From a bacterium (GTDB taxonomy: Bacteria > SAR324 > JACQKK01), in contig OZ252237.1 in NCBI GenBank assembly GCA_965249525.1, positions 1,413,705-1,477,704 on the forward strand: 64,000 nucleotides of DNA, written 5' to 3'. The position numbers and the translations under genes were made by a program. This document shows, in pieces, positions 39,644 through 48,359 of the stretch (positions are counted from its first letter, which is position 1; each line of letters starts with the position of its first letter). The notes under the pieces were generated by a model. The model had not been told where the DNA came from. It saw nothing but the letters and a program-made list of their open reading frames with translations, and made no database searches.

Positions 39644-40579
39644 ATGCCATTCACCTCTGCTACCACGGTTTGCCTGCATCCCTCACAGCAGCCGACCCTG
39701 TTCACCTGTTCACCACCCCTTAGCCTCCAGGCACTGTGGGCAGCAGTCTTGGGCTTTCTGATCTTCTGTCACCTTCCTCTGCCAGTTCAAGCACAACCGA
39801 CCATCCCTGTTAAACTCCCGCAAGTCAGCATTGAACGACTCACCCTCTCTGAAGAACAGGTTGTTCAACCTGAAATACTGCTGCAAGTCTCCCTGCGCAA
39901 TAGAGAAAACCGCACCGTCACAGTGTGGGTTTCCGCACAACTGCAACCCCAGCAAGACTATGGCAATGGCCAAACCTTGAGAAACCACTGGCGAGAAATT
40001 CAACTGGAACCACTCTTGCGTCAAAAAGTGTTCTTACACCTCCCCACACCCCAACAATCCGGCGCCTGGCAGGTGGAGGTGAATATGTTTGATGCCCAAA
40101 GAAAAAACTCCTTATTGTCTGCGGGAGTTAATTATATCATTCCCATTGTTGTTAGCCCCCACGGAATAGAAGATATCTCCCAGGCTATGACACTAGCAGA
40201 ATCGCAGCTGTTTCCCAAAATCCGTACCGATGCAGAACTCCCTGACTTGGTTTTAGAAAAAATAGAAGTTGCACCTACATCCCAATCGGATGGCTTCCGT
40301 TTAAGAGTTCTATTATCTAATCAAGGAGGCCGTCCTGTCCAGCAAATCTTGCTTCATGGGTTGTATGCCAATGCTGAATCGCCCAAGAGCATTAAAACCT
40401 TAAAAGATTTTATAAGAATCCGCCAGCTGTCTGCAGGAGAAAACATCTGGGTGGAGATCAACGCCAACCTTCCTGAATCAGCAGGAACAGTCTTCCGTTT
40501 GGGGCTGCGGGTAGATCCAGATAATCTTATCCCTGAATCCGATGAGCAAAACAATGAGCTTCTGGTGGCACGCCCCTAA
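39644..40579 (+). CDS. secreted hypothetical protein with two CARDB-like beta-sandwich repeats
   Basis: Signal peptide ending VQAQP. Two repeats each resembling the CARDB pattern (PDLVLEKIEVAPTSQSDGFRLRVLLSNQGGRPV). Confidence 0.35.
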   Translation: MPFTSATTVCLHPSQQPTLFTCSPPLSLQALWAAVLGFLIFCHLPLPVQAQPTIPVKLPQVSIERLTLSEEQVVQPEILLQVSLRNRENRTVTVWVSAQLQPQQDYGNGQTLRNHWREIQLEPLLRQKVFLHLPTPQQSGAWQVEVNMFDAQRKNSLLSAGVNYIIPIVVSPHGIEDISQAMTLAESQLFPKIRTDAELPDLVLEKIEVAPTSQSDGFRLRVLLSNQGGRPVQQILLHGLYANAESPKSIKTLKDFIRIRQLSAGENIWVEINANLPESAGTVFRLGLRVDPDNLIPESDEQNNELLVARP

Positions 40580-40641
40580 TGCTTTATGGGTTGCGTGTTA
40601 TAGTCGGTAAACACTCAAAGGAGCGACCAACGCCTTGGGGG

Positions 40642-41637
40642 TTATTTCACCAGATTGAGGGCAACTTCCACCATACGGTTGCAATAGCCCCATTCGTTGT
40701 CATACCAGGAGAGTACTTTTGCCAGGTGACCTCCCACCACCTTGGTAGAGAGGGCATCCAAGATAGAAGAGTGGGGATTGCCTTTGAAATCTATCGATAC
40801 TAGAGGTTCTTCGCAATATTGCAAAATATTTTTCAGCTGACCTTGGGCTGCGACCTTCATGGCAGCATTGATGTCTTGCTTGCTGGCGGGCTTGGTCAGG
40901 GTAACGGTGAGATCCACCACCGAACAGGTGGAGGTAGGCACACGGATAGCAAAGCCGTCCAGCTTTCCTTTGAGTTCTGGCATGACCATGCCAATGGCGC
41001 GCGCTGCCCCAGTGGTGGTGGGAATCATAGAAAGCGCCGCCGCACGTGCCCGTCTTAAATCTGAGTGGGGTTGATCTAGCGTGTGTTGGTCGTTGGTATA
41101 GGCGTGAATGGTGTTCATCAGACCGCTTTCAATCCCCCAATGCTCGTGCAGGACTTTTGCCACAGGCGCCAGGCAGTTGGTGGTGCATGATGCGTTAGAC
41201 AGCACATGGTGATGGTTGGCATCATAGCTGTCCAGGTTCACTCCCTTGACAATGGTCAAGTCCACTTCCTTGGCGGGGGCAGAGATGAGCACCTTGAGTG
41301 CGCCTGCCTGTATATGAGCGGAGGCAGAGGATTTGTCTGCAAAGCGGCCAGTGCATTCCAACATCACTTGTACCCCTTGTTCTTTTAGGGGCAGCTTGGC
41401 GGGCTGCGTCTCTGAAGTAACCAGGATTTTTTTCCCGTCCACTACCAGATGGTTGCCTTCTGTGTGTACCTCTCCATTAAAGACTCCGTAGTTGGAGTCA
41501 TATTTAAGCAGGTGTGCCAGAGTTTCTACTGCGGCTAAGTCGTTAATCAGTTTAATATCAAAACCATTTTCACCATGGGCAGCACGCAGGACATTGCGTC
41601 CTATGCGCCCAAATCCGTTAATACCAATAGCAGTCAT
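40642..41637 (-). CDS. gap: glyceraldehyde-3-phosphate dehydrogenase
   Basis: Start at MTAIGINGFGRIGRNVLRA. Active site SNASCTTNCLAP. Confidence 0.9.
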   Translation of the reverse strand: MTAIGINGFGRIGRNVLRAAHGENGFDIKLINDLAAVETLAHLLKYDSNYGVFNGEVHTEGNHLVVDGKKILVTSETQPAKLPLKEQGVQVMLECTGRFADKSSASAHIQAGALKVLISAPAKEVDLTIVKGVNLDSYDANHHHVLSNASCTTNCLAPVAKVLHEHWGIESGLMNTIHAYTNDQHTLDQPHSDLRRARAAALSMIPTTTGAARAIGMVMPELKGKLDGFAIRVPTSTCSVVDLTVTLTKPASKQDINAAMKVAAQGQLKNILQYCEEPLVSIDFKGNPHSSILDALSTKVVGGHLAKVLSWYDNEWGYCNRMVEVALNLVK

Positions 41638-41794
41638 AAATAGATCTCCAAGGTTATAAAAAATAAACAGACAGGATACAGGACTGCCCACATCCGCCAA
41701 TGGATACCCATGTGGGTGGCAAACTTTGATGTTAACTGGGCAAGGCAAGCATGCAGTGAATATTCATCCATTTGCAATAAGAATTTCACCAGGC

Positions 41795-41900
41795 GTAGCC
41801 CTTGTAGAAATAGCCCTTGTAGAAATAGCCCTTGTAGAAATAGCCCTTGTAGAAATAGCCCCTGTAGAAATAGCCCCTGTAGAAATAGCCCTTGGGAAGT
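41795..41900. repeat. 15-bp tandem repeat x6-7 (TAGAAATAGCCCTTG)
   Basis: Read directly. pgk-gap spacer. Confidence 0.9.
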
Positions 41901-41949
41901 AGCTGCTGCTGGCTGCTGCAAAAGCACCCCTTCAGCAAAAACGCTTGTT

Positions 41950-43146
41950 TTAAGCGGGGGAGACATCGGTCAGTGCGGCCAGTCCTGGAAGGATTTTCCC
42001 CTCTAGAAATTCCAAGCTGGCGCCACCACCGGTAGAGACATGGGTAACTTGCTTAGCCAAGCCCATTTGGCGAATAGCAGCCACGGAATCACCCCCACCC
42101 ACCACAGTGGTGCCATTAGAGATTGCCATGGCTTTGGCAATAGCCAATGTCCCCTCAGCAAAGGCTGGTTGCTCAAACACTCCCATGGGACCGTTCCAGA
42201 GTATCAGTTGGGCGCGTGAGATGCTGTTGGTGTACGCCAAACGGGTGGTGGGACCAATATCCAGCCCCATCATGCCTTGGGGAATATCCACCCCACAGAC
42301 AATAGCTTGCTCGGAGGCCTCCACAGCAGGAGCAACCACATGATCTAGCGGCAACAACAATGACTTCCCCTGTGGGCCGCATTCTGCCAACAATTCCGCA
42401 GCCAAGCCAAGTTGCTCTTCTTCCACCAACGATTTTCCCACGCCCTTGCCTTGTGATTTGAGAAAAGTGTATGCCATAGCTCCACCGATCATCACGGTAT
42501 CCACTTTCGCCAACAAAGCCCGAATGACGCCTATCTTGTCAGACACTTTTGCTCCCCCCAAAATAGCTATGGATAGCTTCTTGCGGCGTTTTTGGAATAT
42601 TCCGTGTAAAAATTGTACTTCCTGCGCAATCAGCAAGCCGCAGGCAGCCTGCTTAAAACAGCGCGGCAGGGCATCGGTAGAGGCATGGGCGCGATGCAAT
42701 ACCCCAAAAGCATCGCTTACGAAAATATCTCCCAATTCTGCCAACTGACGGGCAAATTGTTTATCGTTGGCAGTTTCACCCGCATGAAAACGCAGGTTTT
42801 CTAACAGCAGTACCTGGCCAGGCTGCAAACTTTCCACCGCTTCCTTGGCTTTTGAACCCACTGTGTGAGCACAAAAACCTACCTCTTGCTGCAACAAATC
42901 TCCCAGGGACTCAGCCACCGGTCTCAGCGAGTACTTCTCCACCCGCTCCCCCTTGGGACGCCCCAAATGCGATATCAGCACCAGCCTCCCTTCCTGCTGC
43001 AAAATGTGCCGAATGCTGGGCAGCACACCAACAATGCGGGTGTTATCGCTTACCTGTCCTTTTTCATCCAGCGGGACATTGAAGTCCACCCGCATTAAGA
43101 TCCGTAGACCTTGCATTTCCAATTCTGTTATATAAAGCTTATTCAC
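41950..43146 (-). CDS. pgk: phosphoglycerate kinase
   Basis: 398 aa. N-terminus ...LRILMRVDFNVPLDEKGQVSDNTRI and C-terminal STGGGASLE. Confidence 0.9.
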   Translation of the reverse strand: MNKLYITELEMQGLRILMRVDFNVPLDEKGQVSDNTRIVGVLPSIRHILQQEGRLVLISHLGRPKGERVEKYSLRPVAESLGDLLQQEVGFCAHTVGSKAKEAVESLQPGQVLLLENLRFHAGETANDKQFARQLAELGDIFVSDAFGVLHRAHASTDALPRCFKQAACGLLIAQEVQFLHGIFQKRRKKLSIAILGGAKVSDKIGVIRALLAKVDTVMIGGAMAYTFLKSQGKGVGKSLVEEEQLGLAAELLAECGPQGKSLLLPLDHVVAPAVEASEQAIVCGVDIPQGMMGLDIGPTTRLAYTNSISRAQLILWNGPMGVFEQPAFAEGTLAIAKAMAISNGTTVVGGGDSVAAIRQMGLAKQVTHVSTGGGASLEFLEGKILPGLAALTDVSPA

Positions 43147-43437
43147 AACATTCCTTTCTCGTCCTCATATGGATACCATTACAAAAAAACAGGCAATAAC
43201 ACTGCAATAAAGCTATAATAACGCTTTCAAGGCGGAATCTTTCAAAATCTGATACATCCTCACCGCCTTATCTTTATAGCCCATTGATGGCTTTTACCCC
43301 TCTATCATACCTGCACTATGCCCACAAACCTCCTAGCAGCAAAAAATCCTGTCTCGCTTAAAACATCAGCCAATCTCCTAAAACAAAAGGGGCCCCAGGT
43401 GCCATCCCAGCCGCAGCCCCAATTGTCTCACTTCTTA

Positions 43438-44373
43438 ATGAACAAGCAGTCGTCTGTCCCTTTACACGTACAGCTAAAAGAACAAATCCGTTACGCCATC
43501 CTCAACAACAGCTACCGTCCAGGAGAATTACTGCCCTCCATCCGCGAACTCACAGCACAACTGGGCATTCATCGCAATACAGTACATCGGGTGTATCTGG
43601 AACTTCAAGCCAGCGGATTGTTGATATCACTGCCAGGAAAAGGAGTCTGTGTCAGCGAAAATCTTGCCCATCCCATCTCCCGACCCGAACTGCACCGATT
43701 GGACCAACTGATTGAAGGTTTCTTTGATGAAGCCAACACCCTGGGAATTAATGCCATCACCCTCAGTCGACTGACAGAACAAAAGGCTGCAGACCACGAC
43801 ATCCGTAAGCCCATCGCTGCTTTTGTGGAGTGCACCGAGCACCAATCCCAACAAATGTCAAAAACTCTCTCAGAACATTTGGGCATTCACGTACAACATG
43901 TGCTCTTGGAAAACCTGCGCCTGCATCCAACAGGTTTAAGCACCCACCTAAAACATGTCATCACCAGTGTTTTTCACTATGACGAAGTCACTACCCTCTT
44001 ACATCAGCAGCAACGTCGTATTCATGCCCTTACCTTTCAGCTGCATCCTGCCAGCAAAGAACAACTGAGCATCATAGACGCCAAACTCTCGCTGATTTTC
44101 ATTTGCCATGATGCCAACACAGAAGAAGTCATCGGCAAAGAAATACAAGATGCCTCCCCCGCCAACATCTCTTTTAATTGTGCCAATTTGGAAGCCCCCG
44201 AGCATGCCTTGGAATTGCTAAAAAAATCCCAGGTGGTGGCCATAACCGAGCCTGCCATCCCCTTTTGCATCAAACACTGCACCCCTCAGCAGCAATTGAT
44301 TGAACTGCATTTCTCCTTGGGACATCCCTCAGTGGAAAAGGTGGCTGGTATGCTCTTGTACAAGCCCTTTTAA
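43438..44373 (+). CDS. GntR-family transcriptional regulator with an uncharacterised C-terminal domain
   Basis: N-terminal winged HTH LPSIRELTAQLGIHRNTVHRVYLELQASGLL. Start set at MNKQSSVPLHVQL. Confidence 0.6.
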   Translation: MNKQSSVPLHVQLKEQIRYAILNNSYRPGELLPSIRELTAQLGIHRNTVHRVYLELQASGLLISLPGKGVCVSENLAHPISRPELHRLDQLIEGFFDEANTLGINAITLSRLTEQKAADHDIRKPIAAFVECTEHQSQQMSKTLSEHLGIHVQHVLLENLRLHPTGLSTHLKHVITSVFHYDEVTTLLHQQQRRIHALTFQLHPASKEQLSIIDAKLSLIFICHDANTEEVIGKEIQDASPANISFNCANLEAPEHALELLKKSQVVAITEPAIPFCIKHCTPQQQLIELHFSLGHPSVEKVAGMLLYKPF

Positions 44374-44589
44374 GGAAAAACCCCCGCAGCAAAAACCACA
44401 GCAAAAACCTTGTACAAGCATGCCCCATAGAAAGGCTTTCAAGGACAATTGTGGTATATAAGTAATGAACTGCCGCCAGGGAGTTGCTTTTGCTAGGGTA
44501 TTACAAAGAAATTTTACTACTTAACTGACTGAAACAACATATTATTTGGATTTTACAATCTTTTTGGCTACCAGAACAAAATTTTTTTG

Positions 44590-44625
44590 TTTTTTGCCGT
44601 TCAATAGGTTATAATATTTTGGTTG
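44590..44625 (+). promoter_or_regulatory. putative sigma70-type promoter (TTGTTT-17-TATAAT) and RBS for the Panacea-domain gene
   Basis: TTGTTTTTTGCCGTTCAATAGGTTATAAT gives a perfect -10 hexamer with 17-bp spacing. GGAGAAAAGG lies upstream of ATG 44660. Confidence 0.3.
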
Positions 44626-44626
44626 C

Positions 44627-45121
44627 TTGTTTTATACAAATATATTGGAGAAAAGGCTTATGAGTTACAAAGGATACATTATTGCAAATACCATTCTCAA
44701 AATAGGAGATGACAAGGGCATTCCTATGACGCATTTGAAATTACAAAAGATGCTTTTCTTTATGTGTGGATTTTATTTTGCTACACATGATGATAAGCTG
44801 ATTGATGAAGATTTTGAGGTATGGGATTATGGACCTGTTATTCCAGATGTTTATCATAAATTCAAAAAATTTAAGCATGAATATATTACCAATCTTTATC
44901 AAGATAATGATAACAATATAGAAATAATATCAAGAAAAGATGAGAAATTTTATTCTATTGTAGAAAAATACTATGATAAATACATAGTTTTAGGCGAATG
45001 GGATATGGTGTACAAAACACATGATATTGGTACTCCCTGGGCGGAAGCAAAAAAGAATAAAGAAACAAAAATACAGCATGAAGATATGAGAAAAACTTTT
45101 AAGGATGAAATTGCTAAATGA
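44627..45121 (+). CDS. Panacea-domain (DUF4065, SocA/PanA-like) antitoxin-type protein, inside the AT-rich islet
   Basis: 164 aa. Core LKLQKMLFFMCGFYFA...DEDFEVWDYGPVIPDVYHKFKKF matches the conserved DUF4065 pattern (LKLQKLLY...FEAW.YGPV.P.VY..FK). Codon usage and base composition are strongly AT-biased versus neighbours. An alternative start at MSYKGY (44660) has a GGAGAAAAGG RBS. Confidence 0.65.
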   Translation: MFYTNILEKRLMSYKGYIIANTILKIGDDKGIPMTHLKLQKMLFFMCGFYFATHDDKLIDEDFEVWDYGPVIPDVYHKFKKFKHEYITNLYQDNDNNIEIISRKDEKFYSIVEKYYDKYIVLGEWDMVYKTHDIGTPWAEAKKNKETKIQHEDMRKTFKDEIAK

Positions 45122-45336
45122 AGCCAGAAATTGTATCCCCAAGTGATGCTACTTTAAAAGAAGCTATGGGCACAAAAACATTAGGAATAGTTTATGGTAT
45201 TATAGAATTAAACGCTGAATCACAACAAAGAATGATAGAGACTATTGTTAGTGAAAAAAGAAAAATTTTTATCTTTATGTTAGTTCTATATTCTATTTTA
45301 ATAATTGCCTTTATCTTCTGTTGTTTTTTCAAGTAA
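45118..45336 (+). CDS. small membrane-anchored protein (72 aa), candidate toxin partner of the Panacea-domain gene
   Basis: ATG overlaps the upstream stop (ATGA). Soluble N-terminal ~50 aa, then one C-terminal TM helix IFIFMLVLYSILIIAFIFCCFF ending in K. Same AT-rich composition. Confidence 0.45.
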   Translation: MKPEIVSPSDATLKEAMGTKTLGIVYGIIELNAESQQRMIETIVSEKRKIFIFMLVLYSILIIAFIFCCFFK

Positions 45337-45473
45337 ATGATTGCGATGATGAAATCCTCATTAACCAGGTTCTTGGAATACTTAAGGATTGAAATCAAAC
45401 CATCAATCAAGAAAGGCTAGCGGACTAAATAGCACCCCTCTTGAGGGCTGGATGAAAACAGGCGGAGGATGAG

Positions 45474-46439
45474 GTGTTGACAGGTGCGCTGCGATTGGGG
45501 ACACGAGGCAGTCGGTTGGCTGTGCTGCAGACACGCTGGGTGGCGTCCCGCCTGCGTGATGCCTGGCCCAAGCTGGATTGTGAGATTTGCGTGTTGGAGT
45601 CGGCAGGAGACAAATTTGCAGCCACATCGGTTGCAGCTTTGCACGCAGGACAAGGGGCGGGGGTTTTCCATAGTGCTTTGGAAAAAGCCTTATTAGCCGA
45701 TGAAGTGGATGTGGTGGTGGCATCATGCAAAGATATTGAGTCAGATTCGCCACAGGGATTGCAATGGTGTGCGGTGGGGGAACGAGAAGAAGTACGGGAT
45801 GTGTTGGTAAGTCAGCACAGGGGGCTGGAACAACTGCCCCCAGGGGCATGCTTAGGCACCAGCAGCCTGCGCAGACAAAGTCAGCTGAGCGGCTGGCGAG
45901 GAGATTTATCGTTCGCCCCCTTGAGGGGCAATGTGAATACACGGGTAGAACATGCACTGAAAGCCAGCAGCGAGGCATGCGATGGGGTGGTGGTAGCAGC
46001 AGCAGGAGTACATCGGCTGGGAATGCAGGCGCACATTACCGATTACATTGATTTGGAAATTCTGCTGCCTGCTCCGGCCCAAGGAGCATTGGCATGCCAA
46101 TACCTTGGGGGACGCAAAGATATTTTGCGCATGCTGGCCCCCCTGGGCAGCGAGGTTGTAGAATGCTGTGTAAGGACAGAACGTCGTTTGCTGGCCAACC
46201 TGAGTGGCGGCTGCTTTGCCCCCGTGGGAGCATTTGCCTGGATAGAAAAGCATCAGCTGCAATTGTGGGGGCGGGTGACATCGCTTGATGGTCAGCAAAC
46301 AGCATCTGCCAGGGCTAAGGGAACCTCCGCAGACTGGCAGCTTTTGGCAAACGAAGTGACTCGCCAATTACGCCAGCAAAATGCCTTAGCCATAATGGCT
46401 GATGCCAGAAAGAGCGTATCAGCAGCCCATCAAAATTGA
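45474..46439 (+). CDS. hemC: hydroxymethylbilane synthase (porphobilinogen deaminase)
   Basis: N-terminus LRLGTRGSRLAVLQT. Conserved Cys for the dipyrromethane cofactor near the C-terminal domain. Confidence 0.85.
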   Translation: MLTGALRLGTRGSRLAVLQTRWVASRLRDAWPKLDCEICVLESAGDKFAATSVAALHAGQGAGVFHSALEKALLADEVDVVVASCKDIESDSPQGLQWCAVGEREEVRDVLVSQHRGLEQLPPGACLGTSSLRRQSQLSGWRGDLSFAPLRGNVNTRVEHALKASSEACDGVVVAAAGVHRLGMQAHITDYIDLEILLPAPAQGALACQYLGGRKDILRMLAPLGSEVVECCVRTERRLLANLSGGCFAPVGAFAWIEKHQLQLWGRVTSLDGQQTASARAKGTSADWQLLANEVTRQLRQQNALAIMADARKSVSAAHQN

Positions 46440-46471
46440 TAAACTGCATGGATAAACTGCATTGATAAACT

Positions 46472-47419
46472 TTGAAAGCAGCAGCACAACCAGATGAAAC
46501 TGGAAGAGAAGAGAAACAGTCACAGCAAAATATCTGGCAAACCCCTAGTTGGATGGTAGATAGCCTAAGGAATTTTATGAAGCAGCCCATTTGGAAATTG
46601 CAGCCAATTTTTTATAAGCCATGGTTCAGGCGGGGAGTGGGGTTGATGCTGGCTGTATGGTGTTGGCAAGTCTCAAGCCCTCAGCAGGCACAAGGATATC
46701 TGCCAGATATAGACACGGTCTGGAGTTGGGTGGCAGAGCGTTCGCTAGTGGCAGAACGCGCCATTATAACAGCACATACCACGGTGTTTGGGAAATCCTC
46801 AGGAGAAGATGATTTACAGCAGGAGATACCCTCGCGCAACTGGCAGCAGACTATTTACTGGATAGCAGGAGAGTTTTTAGCAGTGGAAACCAATGCTACC
46901 GATGGAGAACAACTGCATTTGTATTTGCGAGAGGGTGACCAAGAGTGGCAGCAGCGTTTGGGAAGGAAACGCTGGAGTATGCGGGATGTGATGCCGCCAT
47001 ATTTGGATTTACTAGAGAATAGTCCCGAGGCTTGGCAGTCTCATTTGGGTTTTTGGGGGGTAAATCCGCATCAAACACTGTTGGGTAATCATCCACAACT
47101 GGGATATTTGCTGCTGCTAGCAGAAAATGCCCACAAAGCTTTGTGGCTGAATCAAAAGCCTTTTCGGCCGGTGCGGCTAGAGACCAGGATTCAAGGCAAG
47201 CAAGGGGAATATGCTTTAGCGCAACACTATGAAAATTTTCTATTGTTCACCAATAGAAAATTGTTTCTTACACAAACGGCATATTTTCCTTCTCGGGTGA
47301 GTTATACACTGAATGGCATACTGTTTAAGCAATTTCAGGTGCTGAGTTTTAAGGTGAACCCTCCGTTAAAAGATTTTCCTATGCAGCGTCTGCGCCAGGA
47401 GGTCAGAAATGATCGCTAG
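46472..47419 (+). CDS. hypothetical protein (first gene of an overlapping three-gene cluster with PPIase and LpoA-like genes)
   Basis: 315 aa. No recognised motif. Confidence 0.3.
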   Translation: MKAAAQPDETGREEKQSQQNIWQTPSWMVDSLRNFMKQPIWKLQPIFYKPWFRRGVGLMLAVWCWQVSSPQQAQGYLPDIDTVWSWVAERSLVAERAIITAHTTVFGKSSGEDDLQQEIPSRNWQQTIYWIAGEFLAVETNATDGEQLHLYLREGDQEWQQRLGRKRWSMRDVMPPYLDLLENSPEAWQSHLGFWGVNPHQTLLGNHPQLGYLLLLAENAHKALWLNQKPFRPVRLETRIQGKQGEYALAQHYENFLLFTNRKLFLTQTAYFPSRVSYTLNGILFKQFQVLSFKVNPPLKDFPMQRLRQEVRNDR

Positions 47420-48359
47420 GATAGCATTGGGGGGTTTTGCTGCTGGCATACTATGGGCGTGGTTGGTTATCCCCATGTCCCAGCAGACCTGGGCAGCACC
47501 ATTACTGGTAGATCGCATCAAGATAGCAGTCAATAAAAAAGCCATTACCGAAAGAGAGTTTCAGTTATTAAAGCAGGTGCGTGAACGCGAGCTGCGCCAG
47601 CAGCTGCAAGGCAGAGCATTACAAGAACAGCTGCGTAATTTGGGCAAGAATTTACAGCAGGAATTGGTAGAAAGTTTGCTGTTGGAGGATCATGCGGAGC
47701 GGTTGTCGTTATCGGTGAGTAACAGCCAGGTAGAACGACAGATGGAATTGCTGCGCCAAAGGAGTGCAGAAATATTGAAAAAGATGGGCGAAGCACAGGC
47801 ACGCCAGTTGGTGGTGCGGCAATTGTTGAGTCAGCGGGTGGTGAGACAAGAGGTGGCAGCAAAGATATTGGTATCTGAAGAACAGGTAGCAGCTGCCTGC
47901 AAGGAAGATTCTTCAGCAAATTACGAGGTGGATGTAGGACATATTCTGCGCAAAGAGAGCTCCGCAGCACAGCGTAAGCGACTGTTACAACTGCGCCAAC
48001 AGTTGCTGTCAGGCGCCAATTTTGCTGCCCTGGCCCAACGGCATTCAGAAGATCCCTCCGTTAAGCAAAATAAAGGGCGCCTAGGATATGTCCAACGTGG
48101 CCAGTTGGTGCTGCCTTTTGAAGAAGCGGCCTTCGCACTGCGACCAGGCCAAGTAAGTTCGCCTGTGAAAACCAGATTTGGGCTGCATTTGATTATGGTT
48201 TTCAATCGCCGCCAAGCAGGACAACGAGACTGCAACCAGATAACCTTGCAAGAAAGACAACGTCTCAGTCAGCAAATTCGTCAGCACCAACAACAACAAC
48301 GATTGCAAAAACTGTTGCTGGATTTGCGCAACCGCTCCGATGTTCAGGTGCAACAATGA
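47409..48359 (+). CDS. SurA/PpiD-like periplasmic chaperone with parvulin-type PPIase domain
   Basis: N-terminal signal anchor. Parvulin motif RLGYVQRGQLVLPFEEAAFALRPGQVSSPVKTRFGLHLIMV. Confidence 0.65.
   Translation: MIARIALGGFAAGILWAWLVIPMSQQTWAAPLLVDRIKIAVNKKAITEREFQLLKQVRERELRQQLQGRALQEQLRNLGKNLQQELVESLLLEDHAERLSLSVSNSQVERQMELLRQRSAEILKKMGEAQARQLVVRQLLSQRVVRQEVAAKILVSEEQVAAACKEDSSANYEVDVGHILRKESSAAQRKRLLQLRQQLLSGANFAALAQRHSEDPSVKQNKGRLGYVQRGQLVLPFEEAAFALRPGQVSSPVKTRFGLHLIMVFNRRQAGQRDCNQITLQERQRLSQQIRQHQQQQRLQKLLLDLRNRSDVQVQQ

Noticed and set aside
44374-45473. Flanking direct repeats or IS elements bounding the Panacea islet
   Set aside because: Visual comparison of both borders found no direct or inverted repeats and no transposase-like ORF. 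The mode of insertion remains unknown.
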